Source: Eledone cirrhosa
Lineage: Eukaryota
Assembly (NCBI GenBank): GCA_964016885.1
Contig: OZ024744.1
Span: forward strand, 35,216,001 to 35,280,000
Direction: 5' to 3'
Length of the DNA stretch: 64,000 nt
Position numbers and translations under genes: made by a program. Position 1 is the first letter of the stretch, and the number at the start of each line of letters is the position of its first letter. Below, one piece after another: positions 11,974 to 24,606 of this stretch. The notes beneath the pieces are model-generated. The model did no database searches. It was given only the letters and a program-made list of their open reading frames with translations, and had not been told where the DNA came from.

Positions 11974-13239
11974 AAACCGAATGATTCTCGGCCTCAGAGT
12001 TAAGAATAAAGTAAATAAAATAGAGGTAATTGAAATTAAATATATACATACACGCATCCATATACGTACATACACATGCATACGCGAAAACACCCGCCAT
12101 GGGTATGCAAATATAAGCACGTACACAAAAAACACACGCACGTACATACATAACCCACACAACGCCTGTACCCGCACACATACGAACGTATACACCAAAA
12201 TCACATAAAAATATATATAAAATATATATATATGTGTGTGTGTGCGTGTATACATATAATTAAATAGACGTAAATAAATATACACACATAAATACGTATA
12301 TAACGAGCGCACACACATACCTACATGTAAATACAAACATGTTCGCAGACGTACGTCAACCAAAACACAAAGTACACATACACACACACCCTATATACGT
12401 ACGAACCCGCATACTCACACAGACGCAAAACTCATGTATACACATAACCAAATGCACATGTACCAGTATATATAAAATATACGCCATAACATAAACAAGC
12501 AAATATACGTACGAGAAAGTATACGTACCTTCACAAAACATACAGGTAATATATACTTACCTATACAAATAAGTAATGGTATAAACATAACATATACTTA
12601 CCTACCTCACCAAGACGTAAAATATCCGCATATAGTTCGTACTATCCGTGTGGGACTGTAATACAGGAAAGTTTTGTGCAATTTATGTTTACAAGCCGAA
12701 ATTGCCTCAGATTTTTTGTTTAAGATGTGGTCTTTAGCGTAGAGTATTTCCAGGGCCTCAGCAGCCCAGAGGTCACATAGTCTTTTATTTCCGTTATACG
12801 ATCTAGCCCTAGCTAGGATCCCCCAGTGTAACTTCTATTGGGTGTGGTTGTCTTTTAGACTCCAGATATAAGCTGAAAGTGACGTCATATTCCTTCTTAA
12901 AGGGTTAAGAAAAGAATGGGTATGCATGTAAAGACGCTGCTTGAATCTATTGGCGGTTAACCCTATGTAGGCCCTACGGGACGTGGGTGTTTCAACGTTA
13001 CATTTGTAGACAATGTTACTAGAGAGGCATTTCCCGGATAGAGGGCAGTCAACCCAATTCCTACAATTACAGTTAGTACTAACTATAGGGTTGTACGTGT
13101 TCCTACGGCTAGGTAGTTTAGCTAAATTTGAAGCTGTGATGTTATGTGCAAGGTTAGGAGTCGTAGAGTAAGACATTTTAATGGCATTTCTATTAAAAAT
13201 TTTACTATATTTATGTGTAGGGGGAAAATGCTTCATAAT

Positions 13240-13423
13240 TGTTTCTACTTTTGGCACAAGGCCAGCAATTACCCAGTGCATTACTGGTACTTTATTTTAT
13301 CGACTCCGTAAGGATGAAAGGCAAAGTTAACCTCGGCGGGATTTGAACTCAGAATGGCAAGGACCGTAACTCTATGCGTCAAAGCATGGCGTCCGACCCT
13401 CTACCGATACTGCCAATCCACCG
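13240..13423 (-). mobile_element. tRNA-derived SINE inserted into the PLE ORF
   Basis: It has an A box TGGCAGTATCGG, a B box GAGTTCAAATCC and a central GCCTTTCATCCTTACGGAGTCGATAAAAT. The 8-bp TSD TTCATAAT lies at 13232-13239 and 13424-13431. Removing the SINE restores FLSLIMKHFP. Confidence 0.88.
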
Positions 13424-13949
13424 TTCATAATAAGGGAGAGAAAGATCTTAGCTAAAGGTGCGGCCACCTCCATATTATGCGTCGGGATCTATTTCATCTA
13501 GGTTTATTCTCGTACTCTGTATATGCTACCTTATCGACAAATCCACTGCGAGCAAGAGCTTCATTGTAATATGTGGAATGGTCGTTGACAATATGCTCGA
13601 TAGTAGATAGACGGGAAAGCCTCAAAGAAACGTTTCTTACCAGGTTCTTGGTTATGCTGGCAGGATGGTTGGAATGCTTACTTATGTAATTAAGCGTATC
13701 ATTCGGCTTTCTATACGGGTAATACAAGCCATTCGATAAATTGAGCGTAACGTTGAGGTAATTAACGACCGAGAGGTTCTTATAGCTGAATTAGTGGAAG
13801 AGCTAGAGTAGAAATTCCTCATGGTAAACCTAGCAATGGTTAAAATTTTAGTAAGTATGGATGAGAACATGACAGATATGATCATTTGGAGGAGGTCTCT
13901 AATGCCGATGTTATTATATACTCGGACATTTTGGGGATACTTGGATATA

Positions 13950-15109
13950 TTGGGTTGGACAGAAAGTTCCCACAGTTTTTTTAATATATATATGCGCACA
14001 TATATAAGAAGCGATGTTGTTATGCACTATATGTATTTCTCATTTTCTGTTATGCCATCAAAGGGGAAGCAAGATGAATCTATCCAAATCATTTATTTGT
14101 GGTTGTTTACTTTATGACTTTAAATCTGACTTAAGTGCAGCAGCATCGAGTCGCCGCATTAACCATGCATTTGGGTCACACACCATGTCTGTACGTAGTA
14201 CCAGGGATTAGTTCACATGCTTCCATTCCGGAGATTACAGCCTTGAATATCGACCCCACACAGGACGTCCACCCAACTTCAATGATGAACAACTGCATGA
14301 GCTGGTGGAAGCCAACCCATGCCTGACATCACGTCACCTCTTAGAAGTGCTTGGAGCATCAAAAACAACCATCCTCAATCATGTGCATACAATAGGGAAG
14401 GTGTCTAAGCTGGAACAATGGGTGCCTTACAATCTAACTGACTGTAATTGTGAATGTTAGACAGTAGCTGTAACTTCTTTGCTCTTATATCATTGCACAA
14501 CTAACTGGTTATGTTTTATTGTCACTGGTGATGGAAAATGGTGTCACTACATTAATGTGCCACAAGGGTAAGCAAAGGCTGGCCTCCATGCTCAAAAGAC
14601 CCCACTGAGCATCTGCTAGAACTGGAAATGTGTCATCCACTACGAGCTACTCCCACCGAACACCAGCATAGTCTCTGACAGTTATTGTCGATAACTTGAA
14701 AGATTAGCGGCGAAAATCACACAGGTGCACTTACACAATAATCTTGTTCGATTCCATCTTGATAACATTCCGCCGCATACATCAAGGATGACTCGTGAGA
14801 AGCTAGGTTGGGAGGTTCTTCCCCACCCACCGTACTCACACAACCTCGCACCTTTTTCTCTCAATGAGCAATGCAATGCAGTCAAAGACCTTCGCAAATG
14901 AAGACCAGTTAAATCAGTGGCAGACTGAATTCTTTGAATCAAAACGAGAAGAATTTTACAGGGATGGAATCATGTGCTTTCTTAAACGATGGCAGACAGC
15001 AATTGCAAATGATAGCGATTATTTTGAATTGTAAAATTTTATCAAATTTTAAAAATGCCAAAGCCAATAAAACATTAAAAAAATGCCGAGAACTTTCTGT
15101 CCAACCTAA
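13950..15109 (+). mobile_element. Mariner transposon relic
   Basis: TIRs TTGGGTTGGACAGAAAGTTC / GAACTTTCTGTCCAACCTAA are flanked by TA. Remnant motifs are LLYDFK, WVPYNL, IVTGDGKW, DN..PH and HPPYSHNLAP. Confidence 0.9.
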
Positions 15110-15547
15110 TACTTAGACACATATGCTCACCTCAGTAAAGAAGTGCACATATATGCATATGTACACACACACACATATGTTGATATTCAATGAATACTAG
15201 AAAGTCTTACATGTTTCAATATGTTACACAACCGACCTGTTAAATACAAATTGTTACATAATCCCTTTATTCCACACTGCTCAACAGTATTTGATGTATT
15301 TCTTCAGAGAAAATATAGGGAAAAATTATGTTAAAAATGTGTAGTTTTGCTTACATCATATTCGTAAACATATAATCATACATGAACCTTCGTTTACGAA
15401 CAAACAGACATGTATGTTTATGTACACAATTGTTTGTGCTTGTAAGCAGGCATATAAATACTCAATAGCTATATGTATTAACCAGTGTAACTTTGAGTTG
15501 AGATGACCTATGTATTTGGGAATAGCCAATGAAAGGTGCGTCTAGAT

Positions 15548-15832
15548 CAGGCATGGGCAACCTTTTTCGAGAAGCGGGCCACATGAGATATGGCTCATCA
15601 TCAGGCAGGCCGCAAGCGCTAATCTATATTCGTGTCCACATTAAAAAAAAAAAGGGTGGTAACTCAGGTTGTTTTGATTTGTTTCTTCAGAATTTGTACA
15701 CATTGTTTTCCTTGATCGTAAAAATGATAGAAAGATAAATTACAACTGAAAGGTTGGGGTAAAAAGATCAGAAAGATTTCATTTAGGTGACTTAGGTGAG
15801 CCATTCAGAAAGCTTCGTGGGCCCCATGACTG
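15548..15832. mobile_element. hAT-type MITE
   Basis: TIRs are CAGGCATGGG / CCCATGACTG, with an 8-bp TSD GTCTAGAT / GTCTATAT. Confidence 0.75.
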
Positions 15833-16044
15833 GTCTATATCATTAGGCATGAGGGGAGTGGCAATGTGTTCATAACCAATGCTAAAATTGATGGTCAAAG
15901 CTGGAGTATCATGTTATATGGTAGGAGAATATAAAACTGGTTAGCGTTTGGCCAATCAGTGATGACAGAATAAAAGACAGTGAAGCAATAATCCAATAGG
16001 GAAAGAGTATTCAAATGGGATACAGAGTCACACGTATATATTGA

Positions 16045-16122
16045 ATAATTGTTTCTACCCTTGGCACAAAGCCAGCAATTATCCCAGTGTATTACTTGAA
16101 TAATGAAAACAAAAGGCAAAAT
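16045..16122 (-). mobile_element. 3' fragment of the same SINE family as 13240-13423
   Basis: It shares AATTGTTTCTAC..TTGGCACAA.GCCAGCAATTA.CCCAGTG. Confidence 0.7.
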
Positions 16123-16342
16123 TTAGAGCTTATGAACTAATTAAGTTAATTTAGTTCAATGAACTAATTTGTTTTCATTTGAAAAGAAGGTTTTTACCTT
16201 GAAATATTATGGTGAAATATATTGGATAAAAAACCCATTTTTATTTTGTTTTATTTGTCATCCTTTATCACAATATCATCTTTATACATATATATATTTC
16301 TTCTGCATTGTACCAGCTTTCTGAAGTTCTTTATCACTTGGT

Positions 16343-17555
16343 ATATGTATCCGAACTTTGGGAATAAAAAACAATTTTGTACATTTCACAAATTTTATTT
16401 AATCACCTCCAAAATACTCTCTTGGGAGTTCACACACAGTTATGACATTGCTGGTAACACTTCTGGAATTCTATGAAGCTCCGCCGTCGCTTTTCTCCTA
16501 ATTTTCTCTTGCAACTCATATTGCTTCCCTTTCAACGTGGTTTTCAGATTGAAGAAGAGCCAGAAGTCACACAGTGCCAAGTCGAGGGAGTATGGAGACT
16601 GTTGAACTAGTGGTTATTTGTTTTGACCAAGAAAGCTTGGATTATGTGGGTGGAATGAGCGGGTGTATTGTCATGGTGAAGTTGCCAATTCTTCCCCAAC
16701 CTCATAGCAATGTATAACCTACAGTTAGTATTCCTTATTGATTGTTTGACCTTGTGGTGCATAGTCATAATGCACTGTACCACGGAAGTCAAAGAAACAG
16801 CTCAACATTGCTTTCATATTGCTGTGAACCTGTCATGCTTTTTTGGGGTCTTGGTGATAACAGATGCTTCCATTGGGAGGACTGGAACTTGGATTCCGGG
16901 TCATAATCATAAACCCTCCACCAGTGATGATGGTCTTCATGAAGTCTGGTTCATGGTTTGTACAGACCAGCATGTCCTGAGTAATTTCCATGTGGGGTTG
17001 CTGCTGTTGCTCCACCATCATCTTGGGGACCTGTTTCGCCGACACTCTCCACATGCACAAACCCTCCGTTAAAATAGAATTCACTGATCCTTTGTTTATT
17101 CCTACTTCGTGAGCAATTTCTCGGATTGTTACACGACAGTCTTCCATGATTATTCGCAGAACCTTCTCAATCGGCTCCTAGTTTTGGCTTGTGGATGGTC
17201 AGCCTGAGCAGGCTTTGCTCTCCACTGAGGTGTGGCCATGTTCGAAATGGTTGTACCACTCCTTGATCCTCATTGCCAAAGGCCTGCTGAATCTTCTGGA
17301 TGGTTCGAGTTTGAGTATCACTAAGCTTTGGCAACTCTTGATGCAATATTTCTGCTCGATGCATTCGGTCATCTTTGTGAAAACGAAAATCTGACGAGCA
17401 CGCACTCACTATACATCTGTACTTTAATCATAACAGCTGGGAACTGACGCAACCTACCAGTATGAAAATTTGCAGGAAGGGGAGTGTCACCTTTCACCCA
17501 AATTATTTTGCCCGGTCGACATTAGTTTTGGCGAAAATAATAAAGTTGGATACAA
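16343..17555 (-). mobile_element. Second mariner relic (different subfamily)
   Basis: Motifs are EQKYCIK, VTIREIAHEVGI, VSAKQVPK, IITG, LHHDNTPAH and PYSLDLALCDFWLF. A partial TIR TGTATCC(G)AACTTT occurs at both ends. Confidence 0.85.
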
Positions 17556-17556
17556 C

Positions 17557-18167
17557 CTTCAGATATCCGAATAAAAGAAACAGCTTAAGTTTAGCGAATA
17601 AAATATGGCAACTCAAAGACAAGAACATAGACTGGAATAATCTCGACCATATATAAATGGGCTCAAGGCCTGCAGATTATGCAATGGTGGATATTGAATA
17701 ATCTCCATAACAACAATAAACTGCTTAACACCTGGACAGAATTCTTCTTATATTTCCTGCACATTTCTAAACACCTTTCAAAGAACTGACTATCATAGTA
17801 ATCAATATTGACTTTTAACTTTTCCTTCAAAATAATTTTTTTTTTAATCTGCTAACACCCTCTAAAATGTTTAATAACTTAGGGGTTATTTGCCCCTGAG
17901 ATAACATTAATCTGTCAAATGATCTCACCTAGACCAATTACTTTTCTCCCAACTCATTTGCTTTCCCTTATTGGAGCGATCCTTGGTTTTGTTATTAATT
18001 TTTTAGTAAAACATTTTTGATGCATTCCCATCGGCACTGGTTGAACAAGTTGACCTTCCAGCTCAACAAAATGGTATGGCACCGTTGTAGTAATTGGCAT
18101 TAAAAATTATATTAAAACTCGTCTTCTGGACTTGAGTTACTCAATACCATGGACATTTTTACCATAC
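17557..18167 (+). mobile_element. Degenerate 3' fragment of another Penelope-like (Naiad-type) element
   Basis: FRYPNKRNSLSLANKIWQLKDKNIDW and PYINGLKACRLCN resemble the GIY-YIG C-terminal half. It ends at (TA)n. Confidence 0.6.
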
Positions 18168-18194
18168 TATATATATATATATATATATATATAC

Positions 18195-19203
18195 CATCAT
18201 CATCATCATTTTACATCTGCTTTTCCTTTCTTGCAAGGCTGGGGTAGGTCTTCTTTAGCACAGCATCTCTCCATTAGGCATGGTCCTTTGTCATCTTGTC
18301 TGTGAGCTTCAGTGATCTGAGGTCAGCTCTCACCACCTCCGCCCATATTTTTCGTGGTCTTTCTCTACTGCATCATCCTTCCACCAAGGTTTCTTGGCAC
18401 TTCTTCACCCAGCGGTCATCTTCCATGCACTTGAAAAATGTGCCTATCACTGACACTTCTACTATCAATTTTCCCTGAATATCTACTACATATGAAGTTT
18501 TCCTTTCCTGTTAGTTTATCTGCTATCCCACTACATCTCTTGTGTACCCAAGATCTGCATTGTGTACATTATATAGAGTTTATGCCAACTCATATTCTAA
18601 ATATTGAGCATTTGCCTGATGGAATCAGAGACTTGCCCTCTTTCCTAATTATCATTACTTTAGTCTTTGCTAGGTTCAATCTGTCCTCTTGATTCCAACT
18701 ACTGTTTCCACAGTCGGAATTTATTCTCTAGCTCCTCTACTGATTCTGCTATAAGAACCAAATCGTCAGCATAGAGAAGTTACCATGGGCAGCAAGTCTT
18801 AAATTGCTCTGTTATGGCTTGGAGAACTATAATGAATAAAAGTGGGCTGAAGACCGAACCTTGATAAACTCCTATTTGTATCTGGAATTCCTCACTAAAC
18901 TCCCTTCCTACTCTCACTTTACTGACAGCACCTCTGTACATAGCTTGCACTGTTCTCACAAGCCATTCCTCTACACCTAGTTTCCTTAGGGACTACCAGA
19001 TGACAGATTGAGGTACTCTTTCAAAGGCGTTCTCTGGGTCAACAAAAGCTAAATATAGTGGCTTATTCTTCTCCAAGAAACTCTCTTGCAGTTGTCTCAC
19101 TAAGAAGACGGCATCTGTTGTACTTTTCCCAGGCACAAAACCAAACTGCATCTCATCTACTTCGTCTCTTTCTCTAATTAGTTATGCTAGCACCCTTTCT
19201 GTC
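18195..19203 (-). mobile_element. Degenerate RTE LINE fragment (subfamily B)
   Basis: It has a (CAT)n tail and remnants of MQFGFVPGKST, LAFVD, QGSVFSPLLF and LLYADD. Confidence 0.8.
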
Positions 19204-19282
19204 ATATATGCATATATGTATTTATAAATATATGTACATATGTATATGTATATATATATATAGATATGTGTGTGTCTATATA

Positions 19283-20173
19283 TAGACAGCTTCCGCTACC
19301 TAGGTGCCCGAATTAGCAACGGAGGTGGGTGTTCAGAAAGTACAACAACCAGGGTAAGAACGGGATGGAAGAAGTTCAGCGAGCTACTACCACTGCTAGC
19401 TGCAAAAGGCCTTTCCCTCAAAATGAAAGGCAGACTGTATGATGCATGCATACGAACAGCAATGTTACATGGTAGTGAGACCTGGGCACTGTCTGTAGAA
19501 GACTTGCGCAGATTAGAAAAAAACGAAGCTTACATGCTCAGATGGATGTGTAATAGTAATATAGGAGAACGGCAAAGTATAAACGAATTGAGAGAGACAC
19601 TGAGCATAAGAGGAATCAAAAACTGTGTGCAGAAGAGGAGGTTATGTTGGTATGGACATGTGATGCGTATGAAGGATGACAGCTGCATAAAAAGGTGCAG
19701 AGCACTAAAATTCGATGGAAACCGGGGAGTGGGGAGACCCAAGAAGACCTGGGATGAGGTGATAAAAGCCGACCTTACCCAATTAAACCTCTCAAAGGCA
19801 ATGACACAGGACCGTGACCTCTGGTGTCACGCAGTAATACAGAAGATCCGACTCCCCACGGGCACAAGCTGAAGCTGAAGCATATAGACAATATGCCCCC
19901 ACCCCTCCCTCTGAAAATTGGTCGTGGAGGTGCCACGGCAAAGAAACACTCAGCTCACATTGTAAAGTGGTCTTGTAGGCGCCACGGAAAAAAAGCACCC
20001 AGCACTCACTGTAAATGAGGTTGGTGTTAGGAAGGGCGTTCAGCTGTAGAAATCAAGCCAGAATCAGTTCTGTATGAGCAAGACAAGGTCATCCAACCTA
20101 ATATTGCCCAGAATAGGACAACCCATCTAACCCATACTAGCGTGGGAGAATGGACGTAAAACGGTGATGATGA
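19283..20173 (+). mobile_element. RTE LINE 3' fragment
   Basis: Motifs are [20 protein letters not shown] and GRPKKTW, followed by the 3' UTR and a (GAT)n tail. Confidence 0.88.
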
Positions 20174-20246
20174 TATATATATATATATATTAGATATTAG
20201 TTTAACAATGATTATAATAACAAAGGCAAGTTATTTTACATTGAAT

Positions 20247-20605
20247 ATCATCATCATTTCATCATTTCATCATTTCATCATTTTACGTCTGCTTTTTCCC
20301 TGCTTGCAAGGGTGGGACGGGAACTGATGCTGGCTTGATTTCTATAGCTGGATGCCCTTCCTAACACCAACCTCATTTACAGTGAGGGCTGGGTGCTTTT
20401 ATGCCGTGGCAGCTCCATGACCACTTTGCAGTGGAATGATATGGACCCCAGTCCCTATCATCTCATTTCTACAGCTGAGTAAACTGGAGCAATGTGAAAT
20501 AAAGTGCCTTGCTCAAGGAAACAACACATCACCCGGTCTGAGAATTGAACTCACAACCTTTCGATTGCAAGGCCAATGTTCTAACCACTAAGCCATGTGC
20601 CTCCA
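20247..20605 (-). mobile_element. tRNA-headed SINE with RTE-derived tail
   Basis: It has TGGCTTAGTGGTTAGA and GAGTTCAATTC boxes, a CCTTGAGCAAGGCACTTTA domain and a tail GGTGTTAGGAAGGGCATCCAGC shared with the RTE 3' UTR. Confidence 0.85.
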
Positions 20606-20653
20606 TGAATATATATATATATATATATATATGGATACATGCATATATATATA

Positions 20654-21285
20654 TGCAGAAGACTTGCATAGATTGGAAAGAAATGAAGCTTGCATGCTCT
20701 GATGGATGTGTAATAGTAATATACGAGAATGGCGAAGCATAAACGAACTAAGAGAGAGAAACTAGGCATAAGAGGAATCAAATGCTGTGTGCAGGAGAGG
20801 AGGTTGCATTGGTATGGACATGTGATACATATGAAGGATGATAGCTGCATAAAAAGATGCAGAGCAGTAAAAGTTGATAGAAGCCATGGAGTCAGGAGAC
20901 CCAAGAAGACCTGGGATGAGGTGATAAAAGTCGACTTTTCCCAATTGCACCTCTCAAAAGCGATGACACAGAATAGAGATGTCTGGCGATATGCAGTAAT
21001 ATTGAAGACCCAACTTCCCATGAGCACAGGCCGAAGCTGAAGCACATAAATACGGTATGCCCCCACCCAGCACCACCCCACCCTCCCATATGTAGTTGTC
21101 CTGACAAAAAGCACCCAGCCCACACTGTAAGGTAGCCGTGTAGGTATCTCGACAAAAAGCACCCAGCCCACACTGTAAAGTGGTTGTGTAGGCGCCACGG
21201 TAAAAAAGCCCACAGTACTCACTGTAAATGAAGTTGGTATTAGGAAAGGTATCTAGCTGTAGGAATCAAGTTGATGATGATGATG
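20654..21285 (+). mobile_element. RTE LINE 3' fragment
   Basis: Motifs are RRLHWYGHV and RPKKTW, followed by the 3' UTR and (GAT)n. Confidence 0.85.
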
Positions 21286-21570
21286 ATATATACATATATA
21301 TATATATTAGATAAAACCTTCACAAGGATCCTCCCTTGATAATGATTTTTTAAACCTGAAAACATTTGAAATGATTAAATTTGCTAAGACAAAATTCTAT
21401 CACTATCTTGGTACCTTTAGTTTTTTAATGCATTGTACGGCTTTTAAACTTATTTAAATTTAAATTTCCTATTCAACAAGCAAACTACAACACTCTGTTA
21501 TATATATATATCATCATCATCATCGTTTAACGTCCATCTTCTATGCTAGCATGGATTATATATATATATA

Positions 21571-21900
21571 TTGGAATTTTGTATTTCTAAAGAAATACGG
21601 TATGTTTACAAATAAACATTTAGAAAGTCGTAGCTATGCAAAAACACCAGCAGCTATCGCCACCTGGTGGTGTCCCATAGAAGCAAGGGGGACAATCGTC
21701 GATGCATTTTGAACTGAACTGGTTCTCGTTAGGATGACCCCTCCCGTTCCTGCAACTGCTGGACTTTGAAAACAGTTGAGAGTATATAGTTTTCTCATCT
21801 TAAAACTTATAATAGAATAGAATTAGAATTTAGCTTCGAGCATAGCTCTATAGAGATATGTATTGGAATTTTGTATTTCCAAAGAAATATGGTATGTTTA
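21571..21900 (-). mobile_element. 292-bp unit with 38-bp terminal direct repeat and decayed hammerhead, in (TA)n
   Basis: TTGGAATTTTGTATTTCYAAAGAAATAYGGTATGTTTA occurs at 21571 and 21863. The minus strand at 21694-21739 reads TCATC-CTAACGA-GAAC..GTTC-AAAA-TGCA-TC-GACGA. Confidence 0.5.
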
Positions 21901-22143
21901 TATATATGTAAAAATATATGTATATATATATAAGCAAAGAGTTATTTAATTTGTTGGTTATTCAACAAATTTATTTATAACTGATTAGAAGCACTCTACA
22001 GATTTTTCTTCTGAAGTATAATATCAATAATATTAATAAATTGATTTATATATATATATATATATATATAAATCAATTTATTAATATTATTTCAGTTCTT
22101 CATACGGATTGGACACTACCGTAAACTCTTGGTAGATTTATCT

Positions 22144-22314
<171 letters not shown>

Positions 22315-22439
22315 AAACTTTTATTTAAAATTGTTGTTACAACAAGTAAATATTTTATAACTGATATAAAGCACTCAACAAGTTTTGGAGTAGATATACG
22401 ATATTAAACAAATGGAAACTATATTTATAAAACCATATT

Positions 22440-22505
22440 TATTTCATTATACATATTTCGGGGATACCATATTTAAAATATGGCATGCCTTCTTCAGATA
22501 AAATA
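22440..22505 (-). ncRNA. Minimal type-I hammerhead ribozyme (family A)
   Basis: The minus strand reads TATTTTAT-CTGAAGA-AGGCATGCCATATT..AATATGGTATCCCC-GAAA-TATGTA-TA-ATGAAATA. Confidence 0.75.
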
Positions 22506-23855
22506 CAATATATAAGCAGTTTTATAAATAATTTTGACGTACCATAAATATTGATCAACTTTCATGTAAGAAGTTGGTTTGGTAGTGAGATGTTTATAAA
22601 TATTTAGTGTTAAGCACAGTTAAAAAGAAAGACGGAGAAAAAGAAGAAATGTATGTAAAGAAAAACAGAGAAATAGAGAGAGATAGGGGAGAGAGAAATA
22701 GTGAGGAGGTGAAAAAAAGAGAGGCAGCTGAGGCAACAGATGAATAATAATAATTCATCATACAAATTGAGAGATTTAGGAGGGAGGGAGTACTGTAATT
22801 ATTTAGTCATAGTGTTAAGGAGACGGAGATAAATAAAAAATAAAGAGAAAACAGAGAGATAGAGAAAGATAGAGGTGGGGGGAAAAAAGAGGTAGACCAA
22901 ATAATAATAATTATATATGGGGAGGTGAGAGAAATAGGAGAGAAGTAAGAGAGAAAACAAGAGAGAAGCTCGAGAGGCAAAGTTAAAATAACCGATACTT
23001 AAATTTCATCATGTATAAAGAGGGAGGAGAAGAAAGAGCTATATCTAGAGAGAAGGATGATAGATTTACATGTTTACGTTATGTCCTATCAATTTGAATT
23101 ATCAATTCATATGAATTGGGTATTATAATGTAAATATCAATATTCATGAATGAGACATAGATATATAATGTGTGAAAAATAATGACCATATGTTTAGTTT
23201 AAAATTCTTAGGTCGATGTACCAAAAACTGAGATAAAACTTCAAAAAATACGGAAATACATAAGTATATATGTACTTTCCGGAAAAGGAAAGAAAGAGAA
23301 AGAGAAGGTCATCTCAAGTTCTAATTGATACTATAGACATACCCGTGATCTTACGTGATCAACTCTGTAATTTCTTGTTTCACAGAAAAAAAAAAAAATT
23401 TTTCCCTTGTGTTATAAAAGATTTTATTATATATATATATACATAAAAATATATATTAATATTCCTGCCCTCACATACATGATTATCGTTCATGTATAGA
23501 ATATTATGCATATCTGTAACATATCCAGAACTATAGCCACACATACATATATATATATATGCGTGCGCACATATATGTACATGGACAGATAAAATAAACA
23601 GATAAAATAAAATATACTCTGTAATCATTCCATATTCATATTAATACATATGGCCTTTGTACAGAGACAACCAGATATTAATATATCAGCACAGAGATAT
23701 CAAAACGTTAAAAATATTTTCATCACTCCCTAGAGTATTTCGGGCCATAAAAAACACAGTATGCCCCCCATCTCACTACCAAACCAACTTCTTACATGAA
23801 AGTTGATCAATATTTATGGTACGTCAAAATTATTTATAAAACTGCTTATATATTG

Positions 23856-23921
23856 TATTTTATCTGAAGAAGGCATGCCATATTTTTAATATGGTATCCC
23901 CGAAATATGTATAATGAAATA
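23856..23921 (+). ncRNA. Minimal type-I hammerhead ribozyme (family A)
   Basis: It is the inverted copy of 22440-22505, with core CTGAAGA / GAAA / TA intact. Confidence 0.75.
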
Positions 23922-23961
23922 AATATGGTTTTATAAATATAGTTTCCATTTGTTTAATATC

Positions 23962-24007
<46 letters not shown>

Positions 24008-24010
<3 letters not shown>

Positions 24011-24550
24011 GATTAGAGTTAAAACTCCAATTGGAACCCTGTAACTATTAAGCTCCAAGTATAAAAATATTAAATGTTATACTATATATTATTAATCGGC
24101 TCATTATTTTTATACTTGGAGCTTAATAGTTACAGGGTTCCAATTGGAGTTTTAACTCTAATTTTCATATATATTTCTGCTCCCTCACAAGTTGAGCTTA
24201 TTAAGTTGTGTGTGTTGGACTGTTATTTCTATTCAATACGCGCTTACCACGTTTGACTAGCGGCGCACGAGGTGACAAATTCATCTTTCTGTGTGAACGT
24301 TGGCAAATAGTGTTTGTTGCATTTAATCAGATTCTCTCGCTGATGATGCCCAGAATTATCTGTTACAAACACACTCAGGGCGAAACAGATTAGGGATAAT
24401 CTGTCCGAGAGATATAATGGTTATTGAGGCGGTTTGTATAATAATATATTTTTATTTTATCATTCTGTCTGCTTCTTGGTTAAATATTTCAAACAAATGT
24501 GGTTTTTCAACCCTTGTAATTTTAGACACACGGTTTACTGTGTTTCTTAC

Positions 24551-24552
<2 letters not shown>
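24008..24552 (+). mobile_element. Short hammerhead-bearing element with 5' fold-back, in (TA)n
   Basis: It has inverted arms at 24008-24069 / 24105-24166 and a hammerhead at 24333-24412, with (TA)n on both sides. Confidence 0.7.
24333..24412 (+). ncRNA. Canonical full type-I hammerhead ribozyme
   Basis: Stem I is TCTCTCG/CGAGAGA (7 bp), followed by CTGATGA, stem II GCCC/GGGC, GAAA and stem III CAGATTA-GGGA-TAATCTG (7 bp). The GUC cleavage triplet is at 24403-24405. Confidence 0.9.

Positions 24553-24606
<54 letters not shown>

Larger units (their letters stand above)
11541..13775 (-). mobile_element. 5'-truncated Penelope-like element (Naiad-type RT thumb + GIY-YIG endonuclease + long 3' region)
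   Basis: Motifs are VVNYLNVTLNL..YYPYRKPN..YISKHSNHP, RRIIW, FL..HFPPTHKYSKIFNRNAIKMSYS, CNC....CPLSGKC, IVYK..YIGLT..FKQR..H, TSLSAYIWSLK, CDL..E and LNKKSE..CKH, with a stop at 12607-12609. It ends in AATAAA followed by (TA)n. Confidence 0.88.
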
